Of a stretch of 64,000 nt of DNA, positions 29,376 to 39,058 are shown in pieces. The position numbers and the translations under genes were made by a program. The stretch lies in the NCBI RefSeq assembly GCF_021604585.1, contig NZ_BQJG01000003.1; one strand, given 5' to 3'. Position 1 is the first letter of the stretch. Each line of letters starts with the position of its first letter. The notes below the pieces were generated by a model that saw only the letters and a program-made list of their open reading frames with translations, made no database searches and was not told the origin of the DNA. The DNA comes from Hyphococcus sp. Lineage in GTDB: Bacteria > Pseudomonadota > Alphaproteobacteria > Caulobacterales > Parvularculaceae.

Positions 29376-29570
29376 GTAACTTCCTTATGGGCGCGTTAAT
29401 CCAGCGGCGCTTATAGGTAGGGGGGTGCAATGAGGCAAGGCGCGAGCGCTCAGGCGCGGCTCCGCGGCGCGTCTGTCACGTTTGTCATCACTGCGCGCCT
29501 TGATGCGGTCAGGGGGCCTCTTTATCGTCCGCGGCGGTTTTTGACGCGGAATTGAAAGGTCACGGATTTA

Positions 29571-29933
29571 ATGTTGCAGTTAAAGAGTCTAGCTCCCTTC
29601 GTGCTCTCAGCGTCGCTTGCCGCTTGCGCAACTGCGCCCAATACGTCCACACCGAAAGCGGCAAAACCCGCCGCCCCTGCTGCTCCGGTGTATGAGCTTG
29701 GCGACCTTCAGGGCGCCCGCGCCGGCGATGTTGACGCGCTGCTCGGCGCGCCTGCGCTGACCCGGCGCGAGGGGGATGGCGAATATCGGCGCTATGCGCT
29801 CACCACCTGCACACTTATTGTTATTCTGTATCCGGATGAAACAGGCGTCGCAAAAGTCGCCCATGTGGATGCGACGGCGACCAGCTCAAATGACGCAAAG
29901 CCGGATCTTTCCGCCTGTCTGGCGGCGGGTTAA
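29571..29933 (+). CDS. Hypothetical lipoprotein
   Basis: Lipobox LAAC. 120 aa with no recognisable domain. Confidence 0.55.
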   Translation: MLQLKSLAPFVLSASLAACATAPNTSTPKAAKPAAPAAPVYELGDLQGARAGDVDALLGAPALTRREGDGEYRRYALTTCTLIVILYPDETGVAKVAHVDATATSSNDAKPDLSACLAAG

Positions 29934-31312
29934 TCCGCCGCCTCCAGTTCAGCCGCCGTTTTTTTGGTGTCGAGCGTAAATCGCTCTTCTGAATATTTCA
30001 GGAAAAAAACCAGGATCGCCGCAGGGATTCCAACCAGCGCGGTGATGACAAAGAACCAGGCAAAGCCCGCCGCTTCCACCATGTAACCGGAAAAGCCTCC
30101 AATAAACTTGCCTGGCATGGCGTAAAATGAGCTGAACAATGCATATTGGGTCGCTGTAAAGGCGGTGTTGGTGAGGCTCGACATATAAGCGATCAGAATG
30201 GTTCCCGCCGCGCCATAGGCGATGTTGTCGACGATCACCGCGAAGGCGAGGCCGCCTGTCGTCGCGTCGGAAAGGGCAAGCCAGCTATAGATCAGGTTGG
30301 TGAGCGATTGCGCCAACACGCCGATCAACAGGCTCCATTTGAAACTAACGCGCGATACCAGAAGTCCGCCAAGAAAGACCCCGCCCAGCGTTGCGAACAA
30401 GCCGGCGCCGGATCTGATCGCGCCAATGGTGGTCTTGTCATATCCGAGATCGATATAGAGCGGGCCCGTCATGTATCCCATGAGAAAGTCAGGCACCCGG
30501 AACAGTGCGATGAAAAGCAAAATAACAAGAGCGTGCACGCCGTAACGGGTGAAGAAATCGCGAAACGGTCCGATCACGGACGTCGAAATTGTCTCTGCAA
30601 AGGGGGCGCTCGGCGGCGGCGCGTATTCGCGCACCTCAACTTTTGGCGCGAGCAAAACCGTAAGCAGACCAACGCCCATGAGCAGCGCCATAAATTGATA
30701 GGCGGCCGGCCAATTCACATTGTCAGCGACGATCAACGCGCCGGCGCCCGCGACCATAATCGCAACGCGATAACCATATTGATACATGGCCGCCATAACG
30801 CCTTGCTCTTCATCGGTGGCGGCTTCAATGCGCCACGCGTCAATGGCGATGTCCTGAGTCGCGGCCATAAACGCCATGACGACGGCAATGGCGGCGACGA
30901 TCCAAAGGTTTCCGGCCGGATCGGCCATGGACATGGCGACCAGCGTCAGCGCAACGCCGATCTGTGCAGCCGCCATCCATGCGCGGCGGCGCCCGACAAA
31001 TTTCTCGAGGATCGGAACTGGCGCGCGGTCAACCATCGGCGCCCAAAGAAACTTGAATGAAAACGCAAAACCGGTCCACGCAAACAGGCCGATCTCACCT
31101 TTTTCAACGCCCGCCTCGGCAAGCCAAAGCGAGAGGTTTTGATAGATCATGTAAAAGGGCAGCCCGGCGGAAAAACCGAGCAGCAGCATCACCAGACTGC
31201 GGGCGCGCACATAGGCGGCGAGCGATGCAAAAAATGATTTCTTGCCGCCGGAGTCTGTCGTGGGGGCGCCTGAGTTGGATGCGTTGGGCGGAACGCTTGT
31301 CTGATCTGTCAT
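29930..31312 (-). CDS. ampG: AmpG-family muropeptide MFS permease
   Basis: 460 aa, multi-TM, with LGFSAGLPF and WAPMVDR AmpG-type motifs. Confidence 0.85.
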   Translation of the reverse strand: MTDQTSVPPNASNSGAPTTDSGGKKSFFASLAAYVRARSLVMLLLGFSAGLPFYMIYQNLSLWLAEAGVEKGEIGLFAWTGFAFSFKFLWAPMVDRAPVPILEKFVGRRRAWMAAAQIGVALTLVAMSMADPAGNLWIVAAIAVVMAFMAATQDIAIDAWRIEAATDEEQGVMAAMYQYGYRVAIMVAGAGALIVADNVNWPAAYQFMALLMGVGLLTVLLAPKVEVREYAPPPSAPFAETISTSVIGPFRDFFTRYGVHALVILLFIALFRVPDFLMGYMTGPLYIDLGYDKTTIGAIRSGAGLFATLGGVFLGGLLVSRVSFKWSLLIGVLAQSLTNLIYSWLALSDATTGGLAFAVIVDNIAYGAAGTILIAYMSSLTNTAFTATQYALFSSFYAMPGKFIGGFSGYMVEAAGFAWFFVITALVGIPAAILVFFLKYSEERFTLDTKKTAAELEAAD

Positions 31313-31362
31313 GGCGCGAACGCTACTGGCGTTTTCCGGCTAAAGAAAGGCGCTCGAAGCGT

Positions 31363-33264
31363 CTACGACGCCTCGCTCCATTCGCTTTTGCACTCGCCCC
31401 ATTTGGCGAGAAGCGAAGTGAGGTCAGACGGCTCAAACGGTTTCGAGAGGAAATCATCCATTCCGGCGGCGATGCATTTTTGCCGGTCTGCGGCCATGGC
31501 GTTGGCGGTCAGCGCAATGATCGGCGCCCGGCGCATGGGCCCGTCAAGACGGCGTATGCGGCGCGTCGCTTCAAGGCCGTCCACCTCCGGCATGTGCATA
31601 TCCATCAAGATAATGTCGTATTCAGCGAGCATCACCGCGTCGACAGCCTCGGCGCCGTTTTGCGCGACTTCAACACTGTGACCGGCGCGTTTGATGATGG
31701 TTGTCGCCAGCACGGCGTTGATCTGGTTATCTTCGGCGAGCAGCACGCGATATGTTTTGTTTTGTGATGGCGCGGGAGAGGCGGTGGCGGGCGTTTGGGC
31801 CTGCGGCGCCGGGGTCTCGGTTTCGTCGTCAGTCAGCTGTTTGTGCAGCGACGACTGGCGAATGGGCTTGATGAAATAGCCATTAAATCCAGCCTCGCGC
31901 AATTCGTTGATGCGTCCGCGCGCCATAGGCGACAGCAGCACATAAGATTGCACAGCCTTGCGGGCGAGCGGTTGGGCGCTTTCGCCGGCGATGTAGATGT
32001 CGCAGAGCAACATTGCATTGGGGTGCTTGGCCATAGCGTCGAGGGCGCCGGCGGGCGTTGAAACGGACAGTACGTTTTCGGCGCCGATGGCCGCGAGTTG
32101 CAATTCAAGGCAGCGCGCCAGAACTGTAGAGCGCGTGGCGACGATGACCGGCGTTGTGAATGGCCGCGGACGCGCGGGCGCCTTCCCGTCAAATCCCAGC
32201 GACACATTGAACGTGAACGTGCTGCCTTCGCCGAGCTTGCTCTCCAGTGAAATTTCGCCGTCCATGGCGCGAACAATCTTGCGCGCAATGGCGAGGCCAA
32301 GGCCGGTGCCTTCGCGTTTGCGTTCGCCGACGGAATCGCCTTGCGAGAATTCTTCAAAAATAGATGCGAGCTTGCCTTCGGAAATGCCGACGCCCGTGTC
32401 GCGTACTGAAAACGCCACTTGGGCGGCGCCGTTTTCCGCCGAGACAAGGCGCGCTTCGATGGCGACGCCGCCGGTGTCGGTGAACTTCACGCCATTGCCC
32501 GCGAGATTGATCAACACCTGCCGCAGGCGCGCTTCATCGCCAAAGAGCTCCGCCGGGACGGCGCTATCCACATAGGCGGTGATTTCAATGCCTTTATCCG
32601 CCGCCTTTGGCGACAATAATTCCGCCACGGATTGAATCATGTTGAGCGGCGAAAACGCCGCCTGTTCGATATCGAGGCGGCCGGCCTCGATCTTTGAATA
32701 ATCGAGAAGATCGTTGATTAGCGCGAGCAAGGCGACGCCGGATTCACGCACGGATTCGGCATAGGCGCGCTGGTTTGGTTCAAGACCGGTATCCAGCAGC
32801 AGCGACGTCATGCCGAGAATGCCGTTTAACGGCGTGCGCATTTCATGGCTCATCGTCGCCAGCAATTGCAGCTTTGGATCGGTTTCGCCTTCAGCGGCCT
32901 GGGCGCGGGCCTCAGCGATCACTTCGTATACAGACGAAGAGGCCGGGCCGCCTCTTTCCACGCCGTCCGGCGCGCCCACATAAAGGCGTTCGCCGCCCGA
33001 AAGAACGGTCTCAGTCCAGTCGACGATAAAGGCGCGGCCGGCGGAATGGGCCTCTGTGCGATAGCTGGCTGGCGAGCCTGGCTCAGCGGCGCCGCCGCCC
33101 GGCGCGAAAGCGCGGCCATGCCAGCTCTGGGCGGGCGCGCCGAAAAACCCGGCGAAGCTTTGGGACACGAAGCGGATCAACCCGGCTTCATCGCAAACAA
33201 CAATCAGTTCCCTGACATTTTTGGAAAAGGCGCCTGCCTGCTGCATTGATCGAGATTTCCCCAT
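31363..33264 (-). CDS. Soluble hybrid sensor histidine kinase: PAS-like, HisKA, HATPase, degenerate REC, REC
   Basis: H-box MSHEMRTPLNGILG and a G-box GTGLGLAIA. The first receiver-like segment lacks the acidic pair (VIVATRS). The second is canonical (VLLAEDNQIN, ILMDMHMPEVDG, SKPF). Confidence 0.85.
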   Translation of the reverse strand: MGKSRSMQQAGAFSKNVRELIVVCDEAGLIRFVSQSFAGFFGAPAQSWHGRAFAPGGGAAEPGSPASYRTEAHSAGRAFIVDWTETVLSGGERLYVGAPDGVERGGPASSSVYEVIAEARAQAAEGETDPKLQLLATMSHEMRTPLNGILGMTSLLLDTGLEPNQRAYAESVRESGVALLALINDLLDYSKIEAGRLDIEQAAFSPLNMIQSVAELLSPKAADKGIEITAYVDSAVPAELFGDEARLRQVLINLAGNGVKFTDTGGVAIEARLVSAENGAAQVAFSVRDTGVGISEGKLASIFEEFSQGDSVGERKREGTGLGLAIARKIVRAMDGEISLESKLGEGSTFTFNVSLGFDGKAPARPRPFTTPVIVATRSTVLARCLELQLAAIGAENVLSVSTPAGALDAMAKHPNAMLLCDIYIAGESAQPLARKAVQSYVLLSPMARGRINELREAGFNGYFIKPIRQSSLHKQLTDDETETPAPQAQTPATASPAPSQNKTYRVLLAEDNQINAVLATTIIKRAGHSVEVAQNGAEAVDAVMLAEYDIILMDMHMPEVDGLEATRRIRRLDGPMRRAPIIALTANAMAADRQKCIAAGMDDFLSKPFEPSDLTSLLAKWGECKSEWSEAS

Positions 33265-33320
33265 TGCACAACCGGGGTCATCATGCGGGTTTGGCCTTGA
33301 AAAATGATTGACGAGCTTGG

Positions 33321-34907
33321 TTAACGGCGGCTGAAAATCGGGCCGATTTCGCTTGCGGGCTGGGGTTGGGCTGTTCCGGCGGCGCTGTTGGAGATGCTGT
33401 CGGAGGCGCGGCGGAAGCTGACCGCTTCGGCGATATGGCGGCGCTTGACGCCGCCGCCGCCATCGAGATCGGCGAGGGTGCGCGCGACCCTTATGATGCG
33501 GGTGTAAGCGCGGGCGGAAAGGCGCAGCGCTTCGGCGGCGCGGGACAAAAGGGCTGCTCCCTCTGCATCAGGCGCGGCGATTGTTGTCAAATCGGCGTCG
33601 GCCAACGCTGCATTGGGCTTGCCGTTTTTACCATTAGGGCCGCGCGCGGCTTGTGCGGTGCGAGCGGCCGCGACGCGCGCTGCGACAATGGCTGTGGTCT
33701 CCCCCGTCGCGGGCGCGGCGAGGTCGGCCGGCGTTACAGCTGGCAATTCAATCGACAGATCCATGCGATCAAGCAGCGGACCCGAAATCCGGGACTGGTA
33801 AATTTCCTCGCAATTGGGGCCTTTGCCGCATTGCCGGCCGCTGGCCCGGCCATAGCCGCAACGGCATGGGTTCATCGCGGCGACAAGTTGAAACCGGGCC
33901 GGATAGCGCACGTGAAAATTCGCCCGCGCGATCAGCACATCCCCGGTTTCCAGCGGCTGGCGCAAACTGTCGAGCACTGGTGCGGTAAATTCCGGCAGCT
34001 CATCAAGAAACAGCACGCCGTGATGGGCGAGAGAGGCTTCACCCGGCTTCGCCCTGATGCCGCCGCCGATCATCGCGGCCATGGAGGCCGAGTGGTGCGG
34101 CGCGCGAAACGGGCGCGCGCGGGTTAACCGTCCGCCTTCAAGCAGCCCGGCCAGCGACTGGACCATGGAGATTTCCAGCATTTCCGACGGAGAAAGCGGC
34201 GGCAGCAACCCCGCAAGCCGGGCCGCCAGCATGGATTTGCCGGCGCCTGGCGGGCCCACCATCAACAAATTATGGCCGCCCGCCGCGGCAACCTCGAGGG
34301 CGCGTTTGGCGGTCTCTTGACCCTTGACGTCGATCAGATCCGGTATGGCTGGCGGCGCCTCCAGCGCGCCCGGCGCCGGAGGCGATAAAACCTGCGTTCC
34401 CTTGAAGTGATTGACCAGCTGAATCAGTGATTTCGGCGCCAAAATCGTCGCGTCCCCGCCCGCCCATGCGGCCTCCGCGCCACTTGCCGCCGGACAGATC
34501 AGGCCAAGCCCCATGGCGTTGGCCGCGACCGCCGCCGGCAGCGCCCCGGCGCAAGGCGCGATGGAGCCGTCTAGGCCAAGCTCGCCCATCACAGCGAATC
34601 CGGCGGCGGCGTCATGCGGCGCCGCGCCCATTTCCATGAGCAGGCCGAGGGCGATGGCGAGATCGAAGTGACTACCCTCCTTGGGCAAATCGGCCGGGGC
34701 GAGATTAACGGTGATGCGTTTGACCGGAAGTCCCAGACCAACAGCGCAGAGAGCGGCGCGCACTCTTTCCCGCGCTTCAGAAACCGCTTTGTCCGGCAGG
34801 CCGACAATGGTGATCGGGCTGCTGCCGCCATTGGTGAGCTGGACCTGGACGGTCACCGGCCGGGCGTCGACGCCATGAAAGGCGAAGGTGGTGATTTGCG
34901 CGACCAT
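33321..34907 (-). CDS. comM: YifB/ComM family Mg-chelatase-like AAA+ ATPase
   Basis: MVAQITTFAFHGVDARPV, Walker A GPPGAGKSM and GVLFLDELPEF. Start set at the ATG that follows gggaga. Confidence 0.9.
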   Translation of the reverse strand: MVAQITTFAFHGVDARPVTVQVQLTNGGSSPITIVGLPDKAVSEARERVRAALCAVGLGLPVKRITVNLAPADLPKEGSHFDLAIALGLLMEMGAAPHDAAAGFAVMGELGLDGSIAPCAGALPAAVAANAMGLGLICPAASGAEAAWAGGDATILAPKSLIQLVNHFKGTQVLSPPAPGALEAPPAIPDLIDVKGQETAKRALEVAAAGGHNLLMVGPPGAGKSMLAARLAGLLPPLSPSEMLEISMVQSLAGLLEGGRLTRARPFRAPHHSASMAAMIGGGIRAKPGEASLAHHGVLFLDELPEFTAPVLDSLRQPLETGDVLIARANFHVRYPARFQLVAAMNPCRCGYGRASGRQCGKGPNCEEIYQSRISGPLLDRMDLSIELPAVTPADLAAPATGETTAIVAARVAAARTAQAARGPNGKNGKPNAALADADLTTIAAPDAEGAALLSRAAEALRLSARAYTRIIRVARTLADLDGGGGVKRRHIAEAVSFRRASDSISNSAAGTAQPQPASEIGPIFSRR

Positions 34908-35149
34908 CGGTTCTCCCTGCCCCCGGAACAGTTTAACTCGCAAAGAACATAACAGGAACGATTTGCTTTGGAAAGCTGCAAAAAGCCGCCGGTCGCGGCC
35001 GCTTTTTCCACAGGATTTCTTGCAAAACTTTTAGCAAACGCGGCTCGGCCCCCTATCGGCATTTGGGGCCGATTCGCCCTAGAAGGGCGGCTGGACCGTT
35101 TTGCTCTGCCTATTGGCGAACGGCTTGTTCCGATTCAGAAACGATTTCG

Positions 35150-36808
35150 ATGTCCTCAGTTTCAATCCTGCACGCGCCAAAGGACGAGGCGCTCGGCGAA
35201 AAGATCGCGGCGGCGCTGGCGAGCGCCGGGCTTCATGCGTCGCGTCCCGGTGACGGGACCGGCGGGCATGACGATGCGGCGATCATTGTCTGGACAGAGG
35301 CGGCGGCGAAGCTGGTGCAATTACACGAGCAGGCCCTGTCAGCCATGACGCGCGGCGCGTTGGTGCCGGTGGCGGTTGGCGGGGTTTTGCCGCCTGACGA
35401 ATTTGAAAGCCTGCCGCCGGTTGATCTTTCCGGATGGACCGGCTCAAGCGACGATCCGCGCTGGCGATTTGTGCTGGAGGAAATCCAGCTGACGAAACAG
35501 CGCTTGGGTCTGCGCGACGGCGTTGTCTGGAGCGCGGCGGAGAGCGAAGCCGATCCGGTTGACCTGGAAGCGGAAAACGATTTGGAGATTTCAGCGCAGC
35601 TCAAACGCGCACTGCCTCCTAATGATGCGCCGCCGGCGTTTCTGACGCCAGCGTCAACACGCCGCCGGTTCAGCGCCAAGGAAGTCGCGATTGGCGCGAC
35701 GGCGGGACTGGTCGCCCTGACGGTCGCAACCGCCTTGCTGGCGCCCATTCTGTTGCCTGCGCCCAAAGCGGTTCCGCCGCTCGCCTCAACGCAAAAAGAG
35801 CCAGCGGTGCAAATCCCCGACCCGCCGGAACAATCTGCTTCGGCGCTGGCTTCCTTGTCTGTCTCCGGGACAGAGGCAGATGTTCCGCTTACGGATGATG
35901 CGCCCGCCGCCCCTGCACTCGAGAGCGCAGCCACAAATCGGGACGCCATTAAGGATTTGATTGCGGCGGTGGATGCGGAAACCATCGAGGCGGGATCTGC
36001 GGCCGCCGCTTCGCCCGAGCCCGCCACAGCGCAAGCCGTGGTCGGCGACGCGTTCAAGGTCAATACCTTCAAGGATTGCGCGCAATGCCCGGAAATGGCG
36101 TCGCTGCCAGCGGGGTCGTTCCAGATGGGCGCAGCGCCCGGCGAGAGCGCGAAAGCGAAGTCGGAAAGTCCGCGACGCCAGGTCGCCATCGGCAAAAGTT
36201 TTGCGCTTGGCACGCGCGAGATCACCTATGCGCAGTGGGATGCGTGCGTCGCTGATGGCGGCTGCACAATGGCGCCGCCCGATCATGGCTGGGGCCGCGG
36301 CGACCGCCCCGTGGTCAGCGTTTCTTTTGACGACGCGCGTTCTTATGTGGCGTGGCTGTCGGAAAAAACCGGACAGTCCTATCGCCTGCCGAGCGAGGCT
36401 GAATGGGAATATGCGGCGCGCGCCGGGTCCGATGCGGCCTTTGCAACCGGCGCCGGGATTTCCACAGCGCAAGCCAATTATAACGGCCAGTTCCCCTATC
36501 GCGGCGCAAAAGAAATCTTCCGTCAACGGACGGTTCCGGTCGCAAGCTTTCCGGCAAATGCGTTCGGCTTGTTTGATATGAATGGAAATGCATGGGAATG
36601 GACTGCTGATTGCTGGAAAGCGAGCCATGCCGGCGCGCCGGCGGATCAATCGGCTGTTGTGGATGGCGATTGCGCCAAGCGCGTCTTGAAGGGCGGCGCG
36701 TGGAATACCGGCGCCTGGCGCTTGCGTTCCGCGCACCGAATTGGCAAAGCCAAAACGGCGCGCGAGTTCGATAATGGGTTCCGTGTGGCCAAGGATCTTG
36801 GATCATAG
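35150..36808 (+). CDS. TIR-like domain / single TM / FGE-sulfatase-like (SUMF1/EgtB/PvdO family, non-catalytic) protein, paralog 1
   Basis: The N-terminal ~115 aa (VSILHAPKDEALGEKIAAALASAGL, AAIIVWT, ALVPVAV, DLSGWTGSSDDPRWRFVL) fits the TIR_2 strand/helix pattern. The TM helix is VAIGATAGLVALTVATALLAPILL. The C-terminal domain has CAQCPEMASLPAGSFQMG, YRLPSEAEWEYAARAG, NGNAWEWT and KGGAWN. Confidence 0.75.
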   Translation: MSSVSILHAPKDEALGEKIAAALASAGLHASRPGDGTGGHDDAAIIVWTEAAAKLVQLHEQALSAMTRGALVPVAVGGVLPPDEFESLPPVDLSGWTGSSDDPRWRFVLEEIQLTKQRLGLRDGVVWSAAESEADPVDLEAENDLEISAQLKRALPPNDAPPAFLTPASTRRRFSAKEVAIGATAGLVALTVATALLAPILLPAPKAVPPLASTQKEPAVQIPDPPEQSASALASLSVSGTEADVPLTDDAPAAPALESAATNRDAIKDLIAAVDAETIEAGSAAAASPEPATAQAVVGDAFKVNTFKDCAQCPEMASLPAGSFQMGAAPGESAKAKSESPRRQVAIGKSFALGTREITYAQWDACVADGGCTMAPPDHGWGRGDRPVVSVSFDDARSYVAWLSEKTGQSYRLPSEAEWEYAARAGSDAAFATGAGISTAQANYNGQFPYRGAKEIFRQRTVPVASFPANAFGLFDMNGNAWEWTADCWKASHAGAPADQSAVVDGDCAKRVLKGGAWNTGAWRLRSAHRIGKAKTAREFDNGFRVAKDLGS

Positions 36809-36952
36809 TGTACATGCAGGCGATGTCTGGTCAGAAGACATCCAGGGTAGCGTAATCAAGTCGTGCCGGTTCGGTCGCAGAACGCCATTGCATAGCGAAG
36901 CGATGGGTTTTTGGCCTGTTGGGGAAAACGAAGAGGGGTGTCGTCAGCAAAA

Positions 36953-38887
36953 ATGACGGTGCAACAGAAAATCGATAGCGCGCGGCAATCCGAAGCGCGG
37001 GGCGTGATTCAGCTCCTCGCTGCTGGAGGCAACGCCAATTTCGCCGACAAGATCGCGGCGGCGTTGTTGCGTGCGGGCTATCGTCTCGATCCCGGCGAGT
37101 TTGATCCGCGCCGCATCGATGCTGTGGTTGTGCTGTGGACAGGCGTCGCCCTCGACAAGCCCGAGCTGATTGCGGTGGCGCGCGAGGCATGGAAAGCCGG
37201 CCGCCTGGCGCCGGTCAGTATCGGCCGGGTCGAGCCGCCGTTTGGCGCCCGTGACGCCGCGCCCATGGATCTCGCCGGCTGGCGCGGCGACGATGAAGAT
37301 CCGCGCTGGCGCTTTGTTTTGTCTGATCTGGAATCGATCAAGATTCGTCAGCGCGTGGCGGGCCCGATTGATCGTCCAACTGGTATGCCGGCCGTCGAAA
37401 CATCAGACGCCGCCGGCGATCTGAGCGCGCCGAACGCGCTCGCCAATGATGATCCGGTTCGCATCCATCATCCTGCGCGCCATCTCTGGCGCAATCATAT
37501 CCGCCCCTCGGCGGCGCCTTTTGTCGCGGGCATGGCGGTGGTTAGCGCCGCCGGACTCGCTGCGTTCTCACTTGGCGCGCGCAATGATCAAGATGTTGCG
37601 CCGCAGGCGCCGCCAATCGCAGCGCAATCCGGCCCATCGGAAACCAAGCTGGCGCAGGCGAGATTGCGCGAGGGCGCCAGCCTGAAGCCGGCAACGCCGA
37701 CCGCTGGCGAGCCAGCGCAGACAAGCGCTGACCTGGCGGCCGAACCGGGTGTTCTCGAACAGACCGGCGAAGCGCCGGGCGAGGCTGCGCTGGCCTTTGT
37801 GCGCCTGGCCGATGGCGTCGCGCCTGACGCGCCGGATGCAACGTCTGTGGAGTTGGTCAGTCCGGATGGCGAGCCCGGAACCAATAGTGATGAGGTAGAA
37901 ACCGGGATCGAACTGGAAGCGCTGCCGGAAGAATTCGCCGCGATCCTCCCGCCACGCCTCAAAGCGGATGCGCTGACATTGTCTGATACAGGGACTGCCG
38001 CCGCCCAGACGGAAGAACCAGCCATAAATAATCCGCAAACGGAGCAAATACCCGCCAGCGATCTCAATCAACAGGCGTTGAACGCGCTGACTGCAGGCGC
38101 GACGCCCTCGTCTGCGCCCGCCGCCACCGAATATCTTGGCGACTATTTCAGCGATTGCGCCATGTGCCCGGCTATGGCGGCGCTCGACGGGGGCGCCTTC
38201 ACCATGGGCGCGGCGCCGGGCGAGGCGGGGCGCGACCCTGCTGAAAGCCCGCAAAGACGGGTCACTATCGCTTATCGCTTCGCCATCGCCACGCGCGAAA
38301 CGACCTTCGATCAGTGGTCGGCTTGCGTCGCAGATGGCGGATGCCAGACTTATGCCCCTTCGGATGCTGGCTGGGGCCGCGGCGCGCATCCGGTGATCAA
38401 CGTCTCCTACGAAGATGCGAGCGCCTATGCGCGCTGGCTCTCGGCCAAGACCGGAAAATATTACCGCCTGCCGAGTGAAGCGGAATGGGAATTCGCTGCG
38501 CGCGCCGGAACCGCAACGCCGTTTGCGTTTGGGCGCGGCCTCAGTTCCGACGCCGCGAATATAAATGGCCGCGAGCCCTATAGCGCTTCGCCCGGCATCT
38601 TCCGTGCACAGACGATCGCCGTCTCCGGATTCCAGCCGAATGTTTACGGCTTGTTCGACATGCACGGCAATGTCTGGGAATGGACCTCCGATTGCTGGAG
38701 CGCCAGTCATAATGGCGGGCCTGCCACCGGCGCCGCGCGCATTGACGGCGACTGCTCGCGCCGGGTGATCAAGGGCGGCGCGTGGAATACTTCCGCCAGC
38801 GCCGCGCGCTCGGCCCACCGGCAAGCCGCGAGCCAGATGGCGCAGACCAATGACATCGGCTTCCGGGTCGTGCGGATTCTCGACTAG
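36953..38887 (+). CDS. TIR-like domain / single TM / FGE-sulfatase-like protein, paralog 2
   Basis: Same architecture as paralog 1: ADKIAAALLRAGY, AVVVLWT, DLAGWRGDDEDPRWRFVL, then a TM helix. The C-terminal domain has CAMCPAMAALDGGAFTMG, YRLPSEAEWEFAARAG, HGNVWEWT and KGGAWN. The start is uncertain (36911 or 36953). Confidence 0.72.
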   Translation: MTVQQKIDSARQSEARGVIQLLAAGGNANFADKIAAALLRAGYRLDPGEFDPRRIDAVVVLWTGVALDKPELIAVAREAWKAGRLAPVSIGRVEPPFGARDAAPMDLAGWRGDDEDPRWRFVLSDLESIKIRQRVAGPIDRPTGMPAVETSDAAGDLSAPNALANDDPVRIHHPARHLWRNHIRPSAAPFVAGMAVVSAAGLAAFSLGARNDQDVAPQAPPIAAQSGPSETKLAQARLREGASLKPATPTAGEPAQTSADLAAEPGVLEQTGEAPGEAALAFVRLADGVAPDAPDATSVELVSPDGEPGTNSDEVETGIELEALPEEFAAILPPRLKADALTLSDTGTAAAQTEEPAINNPQTEQIPASDLNQQALNALTAGATPSSAPAATEYLGDYFSDCAMCPAMAALDGGAFTMGAAPGEAGRDPAESPQRRVTIAYRFAIATRETTFDQWSACVADGGCQTYAPSDAGWGRGAHPVINVSYEDASAYARWLSAKTGKYYRLPSEAEWEFAARAGTATPFAFGRGLSSDAANINGREPYSASPGIFRAQTIAVSGFQPNVYGLFDMHGNVWEWTSDCWSASHNGGPATGAARIDGDCSRRVIKGGAWNTSASAARSAHRQAASQMAQTNDIGFRVVRILD

Positions 38888-39058
38888 AGCGCATTCCGAA
38901 AAGTGGGAACCGGTTTTCGGATCAAATGCGCGACAAAACAAAAAACTAGAGCTCTTTCTCTGACTCGTATTCAAATGGACATGCTCCAGCGCCCTAATTT
39001 CGCCTTTTCCGCCCGCAAGGCTAGGATCGGGCGAATTCGCAGGACGGGAGAGACATTC

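Noticed and set aside
35150-38887. Annotation of the C-terminal domains as true formylglycine-generating enzymes or EgtB-type sulfoxide synthases
   Set aside because: The catalytic Cys pair of FGEs is replaced by KGGAWNT...RSAHR in both paralogs. No DinB-like N-terminal iron-binding domain is present, and no sulfatase or ergothioneine genes are nearby.
37568-38974. 468-aa minus-strand ORF (also 35233-36225 and 35786-36736)
   Set aside because: These are antisense shadows of the two TIR-FGE genes. They are Arg-rich, low-complexity translations with no motifs, whereas the plus-strand frames carry clear domain signatures.
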